DNA from: an uncultured Pelagibacteraceae bacterium
GTDB taxonomy: Bacteria > Pseudomonadota > Alphaproteobacteria > Pelagibacterales > Pelagibacteraceae
Direction: 5' to 3'
Assembly (NCBI GenBank): GCA_902589395.1
Contig: CACIST010000003.1
Span: forward strand, 13,728-77,727
Length of the DNA: 64,000 bases
Of the stretch, positions 9,510-19,171 are shown one piece after another. Below the pieces are notes generated by a model. That model saw only the letters and a program-made list of their open reading frames with translations. It searched no databases and was not told where the DNA came from. Position 1 is the first letter of the stretch. Each line of letters begins with the position of its first letter. Both the position numbers and the translations under genes were made by a program.

Positions 9510-10739
9510 ATGAAAGATTTAATCAATAAATATAGGTTTACAGTTAAGCCTGTTAGCCTTGAAAATTCTAACTCTTTGGAGCTTGCAAGGTCAATTCAAG
9601 TTCATCCACTAACTTATCAAGAACTTCCTTATAACCCTGAGTATTCTAATTATGCTGGAAGATTAACGCTTGAAAAATTGTCAAATGTTAGCCCTGAGGA
9701 AATGTATTGGAAAGGAAGGCAAGAAATAATATTTAGACATACTGGTGAACATCCATTTGAAATATCTGGTCCAGACTCATTAAAATTATTACAAAAAATA
9801 TTTCCAAGAGATGTATCAAAAATATCAAAAGGAAGGTGTTCTTACCAGTTTGCTTGTTATCATGATGGAGGAATGATCACGGATGGAGTTCTATTAAAAA
9901 TTGATGAAGATAAATATTGGTTTGCCCAAGCAGATGGAGATCTTTTTTCTTGGTATAAAGCTCACTCTAATAATATGGATGTTGAAATAAAAGATCCTGA
10001 AGTATGGGTAAGTCAAATCCAGGGTCCTTTATCAATGAAACTGTTAGAAAATATAGCTGAAGGTTTTTCAGAGAATGATTGGAAATATTTTGATTGGAAA
10101 GAATTACAAATCTTAGATCAAAAAGTAATTGTAAGTCGAAGTGGTTTTACAAATGAGCTTGGTTGGGAAATTTATTTTCGACCTGAAAATGAAACTGAAA
10201 AAATAGGAGATTACATTCTTGAAGAAGGAAAAAAATTAGGTATGATTTTAGTTGCCACTCCAGGTTTTAGATGTAGAAGAATTGAGGCAGGTCTACTATC
10301 TGCAGGACAAGATTTTACAAAAAAAACAAATCCATTTTCAGTTGGTCTTGGGCGTTTTATAAATTTTGATAAAGAAGATTTTATTGGAAAAGAAGCTCTC
10401 ATGACGTCAGATAAAAAATGCAAAACATGGGGGATTAGAGTTACAGAGGGAACTGCTATTAAAGGTGAGAGCATTAAAATAAATGAAAAAAATATTGGTA
10501 AAATAACTTCTAGCACTTGGTCACCATATCAAATTTGTGGAGTTGGTATTGTGCACCTCGATAATAATGAAAATGGACCAGGAGATGTTGTTGATGTTAA
10601 ATGCACTGATGGAAAAGTACATAAAGGAGAAATCTGTAAATTGCCAATGTATGATGCCAAAGGAGAAATTGTTAGAGGTCTAAATAGAAATATTCCTAAA
10701 GCACCTAATCCTTGGCCTGGTATTAAAACCACAAATTAA
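9510..10739 (+). CDS. Aminomethyltransferase (GcvT/DmdA/LigM superfamily) THF-dependent demethylase, unknown substrate
   Basis: EISGPD, GGMITDGVL, QIQGP.S, VSRSGFTNELGWEIY, RRIEAGLLSAGQD, DFIGKEAL motifs. Confidence 0.88.
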   Translation: MKDLINKYRFTVKPVSLENSNSLELARSIQVHPLTYQELPYNPEYSNYAGRLTLEKLSNVSPEEMYWKGRQEIIFRHTGEHPFEISGPDSLKLLQKIFPRDVSKISKGRCSYQFACYHDGGMITDGVLLKIDEDKYWFAQADGDLFSWYKAHSNNMDVEIKDPEVWVSQIQGPLSMKLLENIAEGFSENDWKYFDWKELQILDQKVIVSRSGFTNELGWEIYFRPENETEKIGDYILEEGKKLGMILVATPGFRCRRIEAGLLSAGQDFTKKTNPFSVGLGRFINFDKEDFIGKEALMTSDKKCKTWGIRVTEGTAIKGESIKINEKNIGKITSSTWSPYQICGVGIVHLDNNENGPGDVVDVKCTDGKVHKGEICKLPMYDAKGEIVRGLNRNIPKAPNPWPGIKTTN

Positions 10740-10752
10740 AAAAAATTATTTT

Positions 10753-11445
10753 GTGAAGGGTAAAAAACAAATAATAGCAGTTGGAGGTGGTGGTTTCACT
10801 CATGATGAAGATAGCGATTTAGATCAATTTTTTTTAGATCAAATAAGTAAAAAAAAATGTTCTGTAGGGTTTTTGCCAACTGCTAGTAATGATGACGTAA
10901 AAAAAACCGAGCTATTCTATAAAAGATTTAAAAATACTAATTTTAAAGTTTCACATTTCAATCTTGTCTCAAATGTTAAGGGTTTTGAAAACTGGATTTC
11001 AAATTTAGATGCTATTTATGTTGGCGGAGGAAATACTAAATTTATGCTCGACTTATGGAAAAGAAATAATTTATTTGAAATTTTTAAAGAAGTTTATAAC
11101 TCAGGAATAATTCTTTCTGGTGTAAGTGCTGGGGCTGCATGTTGGTTTGATTATTTTCTTACAGACTCAGATGGACCTGGTTTAAAACCATTAAATGGTA
11201 TTGGACTTATATCTGGAAGCTTTACTCCACATTATTCAGATGCAAAAAGAGCAGATAAATATAGACAAAGTATAAAAAATAAAACTTTACCAAATGGTAT
11301 AGCAGTTGATGATGGAGTTGCGGTACTTTTTATTGACGGAAAACCAACTGAGGTTTATTCTTCAAGAGAAAGTCATAATGCTTATTTTGTTGATCAAAAT
11401 AAACAACTTAATTTAAAAGAATATATTAAAATTAATAATGAGTGA
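10753..11445 (+). CDS. Peptidase E (S51, alpha-aspartyl dipeptidase family)
   Basis: GGGGF, FLPTAS.D, IYVGGGNT, GVSAGA nucleophile motif, TPHY. Confidence 0.88.
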   Translation: MKGKKQIIAVGGGGFTHDEDSDLDQFFLDQISKKKCSVGFLPTASNDDVKKTELFYKRFKNTNFKVSHFNLVSNVKGFENWISNLDAIYVGGGNTKFMLDLWKRNNLFEIFKEVYNSGIILSGVSAGAACWFDYFLTDSDGPGLKPLNGIGLISGSFTPHYSDAKRADKYRQSIKNKTLPNGIAVDDGVAVLFIDGKPTEVYSSRESHNAYFVDQNKQLNLKEYIKINNE

Positions 11446-12601
11446 TAATATTTTACCAAGTCAAAAAATTTTTAGCATTAAAGATGCAAGAGAACTGTCA
11501 AAAAAACGTCTACCTAAATTAGTTTTTGATTTTATTGATGGTGCATCAGGAGATGAAAAATTAGCAGAAATAAACAGCAGAGCTTTAGATCAAATTAGAC
11601 TTGAACCTAAAGTTTTAAGAAATGTTGAGAAAAGATCTCTTAAGAAAAAAGTATTAGGTTATGAATTTGATTTTCCATTTGGTTTTGCTCCAATGGGAAT
11701 GACTAATTTATCATGGCCTGGAGCAGACTCTATGTTAGCGGCTGAAAGTGCGAGGAATAATATACCTACTTGTGTTTCTATGGCTTCTACTACAACTTTA
11801 GAAAAAATGTATGAACTTTCAGAAGGTCACTCCTGGATGCAGCTATATATATTTCAGGATGAAAATTTTGTTATGGAACTTTTAGATAGAGCTAAGAATA
11901 CTGGATACGAAGTAGCAATATTAACTGTAGATGTTCCAGTACTATCAAGACGAACTAGAGATGATAAAAATGGTTTCTCCTATCCTTTTAAAATAGGTCC
12001 GAAACAATTTTTTGATTTTGCAACTCACCCTATCTGGTCTCTTTCTACTTTACTCAGTGGTATTCCTAAACCAATGAATTATGTAACATCTAAAAGTGGT
12101 GATGGAATATTTAAAAGAAAAGAAAGCAGAGGTTCTACAGATTGGGATACTTTAAAGAGAGTAAGAGATAAATGGAAAGGTAAATTGATAATTAAGGGAG
12201 TAATGTCTCCTGATGATGCAAAACAAATAAAAGAAGCGGGGGCTGATGCAATTCAAGTTTCAAATCATGGTGGTAGACAATTAGATAGTGCTACGGCTGC
12301 AATAAATATGCTTCCACTAATAAGAAAATCAGTTGGAAGTGACTTTCCTTTAATCTTTGATAGTGGAATAAGAAGTGGCAGTGATATCGTGAGAGCTCTT
12401 GCATTTGGCGCAGATTATGCAATGATTGGAAGGCCCGTAATGTATGCAATGGGTGCTGATGGACGAAAAGGATTAAGGAGAATTGTGGAAATAATCAAAG
12501 AAGAAGCCAGCACGACACTAGGGTTAGTGGGATTAAACGATATTAATGATGTAACTTCTAATATAGTAATAGATAGTAATGTAAATAAGGTAAATTACTA
12601 A
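11438..12601 (+). CDS. FMN-dependent alpha-hydroxy acid oxidase/dehydrogenase (LldD/MdlB family)
   Basis: APMG, MQLY, LTVDVP, IIKG, VSNHGGRQLD active-site motif, DSGIRSG, IGRP. Confidence 0.93.
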   Translation: MSDNILPSQKIFSIKDARELSKKRLPKLVFDFIDGASGDEKLAEINSRALDQIRLEPKVLRNVEKRSLKKKVLGYEFDFPFGFAPMGMTNLSWPGADSMLAAESARNNIPTCVSMASTTTLEKMYELSEGHSWMQLYIFQDENFVMELLDRAKNTGYEVAILTVDVPVLSRRTRDDKNGFSYPFKIGPKQFFDFATHPIWSLSTLLSGIPKPMNYVTSKSGDGIFKRKESRGSTDWDTLKRVRDKWKGKLIIKGVMSPDDAKQIKEAGADAIQVSNHGGRQLDSATAAINMLPLIRKSVGSDFPLIFDSGIRSGSDIVRALAFGADYAMIGRPVMYAMGADGRKGLRRIVEIIKEEASTTLGLVGLNDINDVTSNIVIDSNVNKVNY

Positions 12602-14344
12602 ATGAGCGAAAACAAAATTAGAGGCGGGGCGTTACTTGCAAGAGCTCTTAAAGACAAAGGAATTACAAAAGTTTTCACACTTTCAGGAGGTTTTTGTAAT
12701 CCAGCAATTGAAGGTTTTGCTGAGTGCCAAATTGAGGTTATAAACACTCCTCATGAGCAGATTGCTGGACATTTAGCAGATGGCAATACAAGGATTACAC
12801 GTAAACCATCAGTCTGTTTAGTTGGACCTGAAGGATTTACTAATGCTGTCCCTTCAATGATGGAAGCTTGGGGGGAGAGAAGTCCCATTATTTACATTAC
12901 AGGATCTAGCAGTCTTAAAAGACAAGGTTCAGGTGGTTTTAAAGAAATTGACGATGTTTCAATTGCAGCCCCTTTAACCAAATATAGCGCAAGTATTACT
13001 GATGGAACTAGAATAAGAGAATTTGTAGACAAAGCATATCATATTGCAACTAACGGATATCCAGGTGCTGTACATCTTAGTCTTCCTGTTGATATTATGT
13101 TTTCATCTTTTGCGGAGGAAGTTGGTTTAGAAGAAAGACCATATTCTCAAAAAGCAAAACCTGTAGCCAAAGCGTGGCCAGATCCAAATTCACTCTCTAA
13201 AGTCTTAGAACTTGCTTGTAATTCAAAAAAACCAGTTATTATTGGTGGACACGGTGTTTGGTGGTCACATTCAGAAAAAAATCTTGAGGCAGCTGGTAAT
13301 AACTTAAATATACCAATTTTTAACGTTCCGTATCATCAAAAATTATTAGGAGAGGAAGCTAACGCTTATATGGGGTTGGCTGATATACATCAATACCCTC
13401 CCTCAGAATTTGCATTACACAATTCAGATCTAGTTCTTGTTGTTGGAGCGAGATTAGATAATCAATTAAATTTTGGAAATCCACCCTTTATACCAGAATC
13501 AACAAAATTAGTTTGTGTGAATGGTTCACATGAAGAATTAGAACTTAATAGAGCTGCAGATTTAAGTTTACTAAGTGATCCTGGTGTTTTTTTAGACACA
13601 TTATCTAACTTAAAAAAAAATAATAAATGGTCTTTAGGTACAAATTGGTTTGAGGAAAATAAAAAAAAGAAGAAAGAGTGGGTTGATAAATCTTTAAAAG
13701 ATTTAGAAATTGAAGCTGAAGCATCTAAAAAAAATGGAGGAAAAATTCACCCTCTTCAACTTTCATTAGATGTTCAAGATGCAATGAGTGAAAATGATTG
13801 GCTTGTTATCGACGGAGGAAATACACATTTTTGGTCTGAAATTGCAATTAACATCGCAGGTGCCAAAGGGAAAAAATTAAAAGGTATATTGCATCCTGGA
13901 ACTTTTAGCATGTTAGGTGTTGGAGTTTCATTCGCTCTATCTGCAAAGAATCATAATCCAGATTCAAATGTAGTTCTAATTAGTGGTGATGGTGCGTTTT
14001 TATCTGGAGGAATGTCTATTGAAAGTGTATTTTATGAAAAAAAACCTATTACTGTTGTGATTGATAATAATGGAGGTCTTGCTTCTATTGGCCAACAACA
14101 AGAAAGGTTATTTAAAAGTGGAAAAAGTGTGGGGACAGACTTCCGCGATATACCATTTCATAAGATATTTGAAGGTTTTGGAGGATATGGAGAATTAGTT
14201 AATAAAAGAGAGGAACTAGGTCCAGCACTTAAAAGAGCGATGGAAAGTGGAAAACCCGCATGTGTAAATGTTAAAGCAAAACCTGTATTAAGCCCAATAG
14301 TCTCTGCAGTTGCAAGTAAAAGAGAGAAATCATCAATAGAATAA
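12602..14344 (+). CDS. Thiamine pyrophosphate enzyme (ALS/2-hydroxyacyl-CoA lyase-like)
   Basis: HEQ catalytic Glu, PGAVHLSLPVD, SGDGAF...DNN TPP/Mg motif. Confidence 0.9.
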   Translation: MSENKIRGGALLARALKDKGITKVFTLSGGFCNPAIEGFAECQIEVINTPHEQIAGHLADGNTRITRKPSVCLVGPEGFTNAVPSMMEAWGERSPIIYITGSSSLKRQGSGGFKEIDDVSIAAPLTKYSASITDGTRIREFVDKAYHIATNGYPGAVHLSLPVDIMFSSFAEEVGLEERPYSQKAKPVAKAWPDPNSLSKVLELACNSKKPVIIGGHGVWWSHSEKNLEAAGNNLNIPIFNVPYHQKLLGEEANAYMGLADIHQYPPSEFALHNSDLVLVVGARLDNQLNFGNPPFIPESTKLVCVNGSHEELELNRAADLSLLSDPGVFLDTLSNLKKNNKWSLGTNWFEENKKKKKEWVDKSLKDLEIEAEASKKNGGKIHPLQLSLDVQDAMSENDWLVIDGGNTHFWSEIAINIAGAKGKKLKGILHPGTFSMLGVGVSFALSAKNHNPDSNVVLISGDGAFLSGGMSIESVFYEKKPITVVIDNNGGLASIGQQQERLFKSGKSVGTDFRDIPFHKIFEGFGGYGELVNKREELGPALKRAMESGKPACVNVKAKPVLSPIVSAVASKREKSSIE

Positions 14345-14346
14345 TT

Positions 14347-14682
14347 GTGGCAGCTTTCTCTTCTCACTTATTAGATGCAACAAATGGCTCACACGCTGCA
14401 AATATTGATGTAATTATTTATCAAATTAATGAAAATGGAGAGAAGAAAGTTTTTTGCGAAACTAAATCTGATGAAGGTGGGCGAATACTCCAAAAATTTG
14501 AATTAAGTAAAGACGACTGCAAGTGTGAGTATGAAATGGTTTGTAAAACTGGAAATTATTTTTCAGAAAAAAAAATAGTTTCAGAAATTAACATTAAATT
14601 TAAGATGGAAGATCAAAATAAAAAATATCATATTCCAATTATAATTTCTAAAAATAGCTATACAGTTTGGTGGTCTAAATAA
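14347..14682 (+). CDS. Transthyretin-like protein (HIU hydrolase family) with non-canonical C-terminus
   Basis: SSHLLDATNG, DEGGR, KYHIPIIIS motifs; ends YTVWWSK rather than YRGS. Confidence 0.85.
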   Translation: MAAFSSHLLDATNGSHAANIDVIIYQINENGEKKVFCETKSDEGGRILQKFELSKDDCKCEYEMVCKTGNYFSEKKIVSEINIKFKMEDQNKKYHIPIIISKNSYTVWWSK

Positions 14683-14683
14683 A

Positions 14684-15850
14684 ATGAGTAAAGAAAATTT
14701 AATTCCTCAAAAAAATATAAAATTAAATATGTCTAGACGTATCCGACGAACTCCATTTACAAATAAAGTAGAGGAATGTGGTGTGTCAGATTTTACTGTT
14801 GTTAATCACATGCTACTACCAAAAGGTTTTAGGAATACTGTTGAAGAAGATTACTGGCATTTAAGAGAAAATGTTCAAGTTTGGGATGTGTCTTGTCAAA
14901 GACAAGTACAAATTACAGGTCCGGATGCTGAAAAACTTGTACAAAAAATGACACCCCGATCCATAAAAAAAATGGAAACTGGTAAATGTTTTTATATCCC
15001 AATAATTGATGAAACAGGCGGTATGATTAATGATCCAGTTTTATTAAAACTAGATGACGATATGTTTTGGATTTCAATTGCAGACTCAGATATTTTACTT
15101 TGGGCGAAAGGAATTGCTTTAGGATCGAAATTAGATGTTGAAATTATTGAGCCAGATGTTTACCCACTAGCTATTCAGGGTCCCAAATCTGAAGATCTTC
15201 TAATTTCAATATTTGGTGAAGATATAAAGAAATTAAAATTTTTTAATTTTAAGGTATTTGATTTTTTAGGTACAAAGCAAATTATTGCAAGATCGGGTTA
15301 TAGTAAGCAAGATGGATTTGAAATTTATTTTAAAGGATTTGAAACTCATTTTAATGAAATAGAACTTGGAGAAAAACTTTGGGATACTGTTTGGAAGAAT
15401 GGACAAAAATTTAATATTTCCCCAGGATGCCCAAATTTAATTGATAGAATTGAGGCTGGTTTAATGTCTTACGGAAATGATTTTACAAGAGAAAATAATC
15501 CTTTGGAGTGTAATCTTGAAAAATACTGCAAACAAGAAGATGATCACGATTTTATAGGTAAAGAAGCTTTAAGAAAGATCCAATCTGATGGAATAGTACA
15601 GAAAATGAGAGGAATTTTGTTTGATGGAGATCCATGTAAACCAACCGGTGTGCCTCTACCAGTATATTCAAAGGATAATGTAAAAATTGGCCAAATTGCA
15701 TCTGGAATATATTCTCCAAGATTTAAAAAAAATATTGGTCTTTCTATGATTTTAAAAGATTGCTGGGAAATTGGAAATGAGGTTTTTGTAAATACTTTCA
15801 ATGGAAAAAATAGAAAAGGCATTATAACTTCTTTACCATTTCCAGATTAA
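14684..15850 (+). CDS. dmdA: DMSP demethylase-like aminomethyltransferase (DmdA family variant)
   Basis: SRRIRRTPF, NHMLLP, HLRENVQVWDV, INDPVLLKL, WISIADSD, SGYSKQ.GFEIY, PGCPNLIDRIE.GLMSYGND match DmdA as I recall it; exact clade and activity uncertain. Confidence 0.7.
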   Translation: MSKENLIPQKNIKLNMSRRIRRTPFTNKVEECGVSDFTVVNHMLLPKGFRNTVEEDYWHLRENVQVWDVSCQRQVQITGPDAEKLVQKMTPRSIKKMETGKCFYIPIIDETGGMINDPVLLKLDDDMFWISIADSDILLWAKGIALGSKLDVEIIEPDVYPLAIQGPKSEDLLISIFGEDIKKLKFFNFKVFDFLGTKQIIARSGYSKQDGFEIYFKGFETHFNEIELGEKLWDTVWKNGQKFNISPGCPNLIDRIEAGLMSYGNDFTRENNPLECNLEKYCKQEDDHDFIGKEALRKIQSDGIVQKMRGILFDGDPCKPTGVPLPVYSKDNVKIGQIASGIYSPRFKKNIGLSMILKDCWEIGNEVFVNTFNGKNRKGIITSLPFPD

Positions 15851-15866
15851 CCTTATATTTATAATT

Positions 15867-16991
15867 ATGTTTAAACCTGTTATTGCCGGCTTCTCTAGAT
15901 CACCTTTTACAATGGCGAGAAAAGGTGCTCTCATAGATACAAAACCAGTAAATTTATTAGCAGAGGTGATTAAAAATTTAGTTTCCAAGTCCAATGTTAA
16001 AAAAGACGATATTGAAGATATTGTTGTTGGTTGTGCATTCCAAACTGGAGAACAGTCATTTAATATTGGAAAGCTAACAACATTTTTAACTAATATGGAT
16101 GTCAAAACTTCAGGAATGACAGTTGATAGATGGTGTGGTTCTTCAATGGAAGCTATTCATATCGCTGCAGGTAAAATTTCATTAGGTGCAGGAAAAGTAT
16201 TTATATGTGGAGGAGTTGAAAGTATGACCAGGGTTAATACAGGGTTTGATCCGATTCCTTATCCTGAAAATAAAAATGATAATCCTCATGTATATTTTTC
16301 AATGGGAACTACTGCTGAAAATGTTGCTAAAAAATATAATATCTCAAGACACGAACAACAGGAATTTGCGATCTCAAGTCATCAAAAAGCACATGAAGCT
16401 CAAATAAAAGGAAATTTTAAAAATGAAATAGTATCTATTGGTACTTGTGATACTGATGGAAATATTAGACCAGGTAGCACAATGGAAAAGTTAGATGGAT
16501 TAAAACTTGCATTTGATGAAAATGGTACTGTTACTGCAGCTACTTCTTCACCTTTAACTGATGGTGCGGCTGCAACATTAATTTGTGAAGAAAATTATGC
16601 AAAAGAAAATAATTTAACTATTCTGGGAAGAATTGTGTCTACTGCAGTGCAAGGCTGTGATCCTGACTATATGGGATTAGGTCCAATTGGAGCGTCAAGA
16701 AAAGCTTTGGAAAGAGCTAATTTGTCAGCGGACAAAATTGATATTGTTGAATTGAATGAGGCTTTCGCATCGCAATCCTTAGCATGCATTAAAGATTTAG
16801 GCATAGATAAAGATAAAGTTAATTTAGATGGTGGAGCACTTGCCCTAGGACATCCTCTTGGAGCAACAGGTGCAAGAATTACAGGTAAAGCCGCTGAATT
16901 ACTTAAGAGAGAAAATAAAAAGTATGCTTTATCTACTCAATGCATTGGTTTGGGAATGGGAATTGCAACAGTAATCGAGTCTTTAAGTTAA
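15867..16991 (+). CDS. Acetyl-CoA C-acyltransferase (thiolase)
   Basis: RWCGSSM catalytic Cys, NEAFA, GHPLGATG, CIGLGMG motifs. Confidence 0.95.
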   Translation: MFKPVIAGFSRSPFTMARKGALIDTKPVNLLAEVIKNLVSKSNVKKDDIEDIVVGCAFQTGEQSFNIGKLTTFLTNMDVKTSGMTVDRWCGSSMEAIHIAAGKISLGAGKVFICGGVESMTRVNTGFDPIPYPENKNDNPHVYFSMGTTAENVAKKYNISRHEQQEFAISSHQKAHEAQIKGNFKNEIVSIGTCDTDGNIRPGSTMEKLDGLKLAFDENGTVTAATSSPLTDGAAATLICEENYAKENNLTILGRIVSTAVQGCDPDYMGLGPIGASRKALERANLSADKIDIVELNEAFASQSLACIKDLGIDKDKVNLDGGALALGHPLGATGARITGKAAELLKRENKKYALSTQCIGLGMGIATVIESLS

Positions 16992-16992
16992 A

Positions 16993-17847
16993 TTATCTAT
17001 TAATTCCTCTTAACCTTTCAGATCTTCTCCTTAAAAGTTCAGCTGTTACTAAAATTAAAATAGATAATATAATTAAGCATGTTGCAACAGCTAAAATTGT
17101 AGGACTAAGTTGCTCTCTAAGCCCTGTCCACATCTGAATTGGTATAGTTGTATTATCTAAACCAGATAAGAATAGAACAACTACTACTTCATCAAAAGAT
17201 GTAACAAATGCAAATAAACCGCCAGAAATTACACCTGGTAGTATTAGAGGCAAAGTCACCTTCATAAAAGTATTAAAAGGATTACTTCCTAAACTCGATG
17301 CTGCTCTTGTGATGCTATGATCGAAACCAGAAAGAGTTGCAGTAACAGTAATCACGACAAACGGTGTTCCAAGAACAATATGAGCAAGTATAATTCCAAG
17401 ATGTGTTGCAGCCAAACCTACTTTTGCCATGAAAAAGAATATTGCAACTCCTGAAATAATTAACGGAACAATCATTGGTGATATCAAAGTAGCCATAATT
17501 AATCCTTTATAAGGCATATGCCTACTACTTAATCCAAGTGCCGCTAGTGTTCCAAGAATAATTGAGCCAATGGTTGCAAATACAGCTATTATAAAACTAT
17601 TTTTTGCTGCTAGTCCCCAAGGATTTTTGGTTCCATAGATCATATCATGATACCACCTTAATGAAAATGCATCTGGATCCAATCTTTTCATTCCATCGGT
17701 AAAAACTAAAAATTCTTCTGCATTAAAGGATAGTGGAAAAATTACAAATAACGGAGCGACTAGAAAGAAAAATACACATCCACAAAACAATAAATAAAAA
17801 TAATGCCATATTCTGTATTGTGTTTCTGTATATTTTGGTAACGCCAT
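16993..17847 (-). CDS. PotC-type ABC permease
   Basis: SPMIVP, AHIVLGTPFV, AASSLG EAA-like loop, FVTSFDEVVV. Confidence 0.93.
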   Translation of the reverse strand: MALPKYTETQYRIWHYFYLLFCGCVFFFLVAPLFVIFPLSFNAEEFLVFTDGMKRLDPDAFSLRWYHDMIYGTKNPWGLAAKNSFIIAVFATIGSIILGTLAALGLSSRHMPYKGLIMATLISPMIVPLIISGVAIFFFMAKVGLAATHLGIILAHIVLGTPFVVITVTATLSGFDHSITRAASSLGSNPFNTFMKVTLPLILPGVISGGLFAFVTSFDEVVVVLFLSGLDNTTIPIQMWTGLREQLSPTILAVATCLIILSILILVTAELLRRRSERLRGINR

Positions 17848-17849
17848 AT

Positions 17850-19103
17850 TTAACCTAGTTTAATATTATCAACTCCAACAAGTTTATTGTACAGCCAATA
17901 GATTGCTAACACACCTGTCAATAGCATTAGTCCCATTGCAGATGCAAAACTCCAATCTAAAGAGCTTTTCATATGATAAGCAATTTGGTTGCTTATGAGT
18001 TTCCCTGATGCACCACCAACTAACTCAGGTGTAATATAATATCCAATAGCTAATATAAAAACTAATAAACATCCGGCACCAATACCAGGAATAGTCAAGG
18101 GAAAATAAACTTTAAAGAAAGCGACAGTTGGTGTTGCTCCTAAAGATTTACCTGCCCTCATTAAACTTGGTGAAATTGTTTTCATAACACTATACAATGG
18201 TAGAACCATGAAAGGGAGGAGAATTTGTGTCATTGCAACATAAGTTCCCGTTTTGTTGTACATCATTTGAGGTCTATTTTCGTTTGTAAATAATCCAATC
18301 CATACAAAAAAATCATTTAATAATCCTTGCTGTTGAAGCAGTATCATCCAACTAGCTGTCCTTACTAAGAGTGAAGTCCAAAAAGGTAGTAAAACGCAAA
18401 TTAACAATAAGTTACTGTATTTCATTGGTATGGTTGCTAGAAGATGTGCAATTGGATATGCCATGATAAAACAAAAAAGTGTCACAAAAAAAGCTATCTC
18501 CAATGTTCTTAGCCAAAGTATTCTATGCATCCTTCTGTCTTCCTCTACCTGAACAATTTTATTATCCTCGTTTAAATACATGTCCATAGCTTTCAAATAT
18601 TTTGAATATGTTATTGGTGGGGCTCTTCTTTTGATTGCTCTCCAGTACTCGACATTTTTAAATCTCTTATGTGAATTCATAATCTGTTCTTTATAGTTGC
18701 CTTCCTTAAATTTCTTTTGTTTTCTTGCAAGTTTTTTAAGTGCACTTTTAAACCCATTTTTTTCAAGATTGAGCTGAGTTTGTAATTTACCAACTGTTTT
18801 ATTTTTGACTAAAATTCTATAATCTAGGTAAAATGCCTCAAAGACTTCCTCGGAAGGTAAGTTTTTTCCATCCCATTTTTCCATTGCTTTATAAGTTTTG
18901 GGTAACATATTAGTGGTTAATTTATCGTCGATACTTCTTGAGAACATTCCACCTATTGGAATTATATAAGTTATTAATAAAAATAATAAGAGTGGAGCTA
19001 CTAATAAAAAAGCTTTTATCTTGTTTTTTTTTTCAGCAACTTTTAAGCTTTCTTCTAATGGTATTCCATCAGTAGTTAATATTTTATTATTTTCACTGCT
19101 CAT
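17850..19103 (-). CDS. PotB-type ABC permease with soluble insertion
   Basis: LLPFWTSLLVRT, LLPFMVLPLY, RAGKSLGA, GYYITPELVGG. Confidence 0.93.
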   Translation of the reverse strand: MSSENNKILTTDGIPLEESLKVAEKKNKIKAFLLVAPLLLFLLITYIIPIGGMFSRSIDDKLTTNMLPKTYKAMEKWDGKNLPSEEVFEAFYLDYRILVKNKTVGKLQTQLNLEKNGFKSALKKLARKQKKFKEGNYKEQIMNSHKRFKNVEYWRAIKRRAPPITYSKYLKAMDMYLNEDNKIVQVEEDRRMHRILWLRTLEIAFFVTLFCFIMAYPIAHLLATIPMKYSNLLLICVLLPFWTSLLVRTASWMILLQQQGLLNDFFVWIGLFTNENRPQMMYNKTGTYVAMTQILLPFMVLPLYSVMKTISPSLMRAGKSLGATPTVAFFKVYFPLTIPGIGAGCLLVFILAIGYYITPELVGGASGKLISNQIAYHMKSSLDWSFASAMGLMLLTGVLAIYWLYNKLVGVDNIKLG

Positions 19104-19133
19104 AAAAAAAGGGCGATTGTGTATAATCGCCCT
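19104..19133 (-). terminator. Intrinsic terminator between the SBP and permease genes
   Basis: Minus strand agggcgatt-atacac-aatcgccc followed by a 7-T run that directly abuts the permease ATG. Confidence 0.8.
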
Positions 19134-19171
19134 AATATATTCTATTATTAAAGTTTTATAAACTCTAAATA

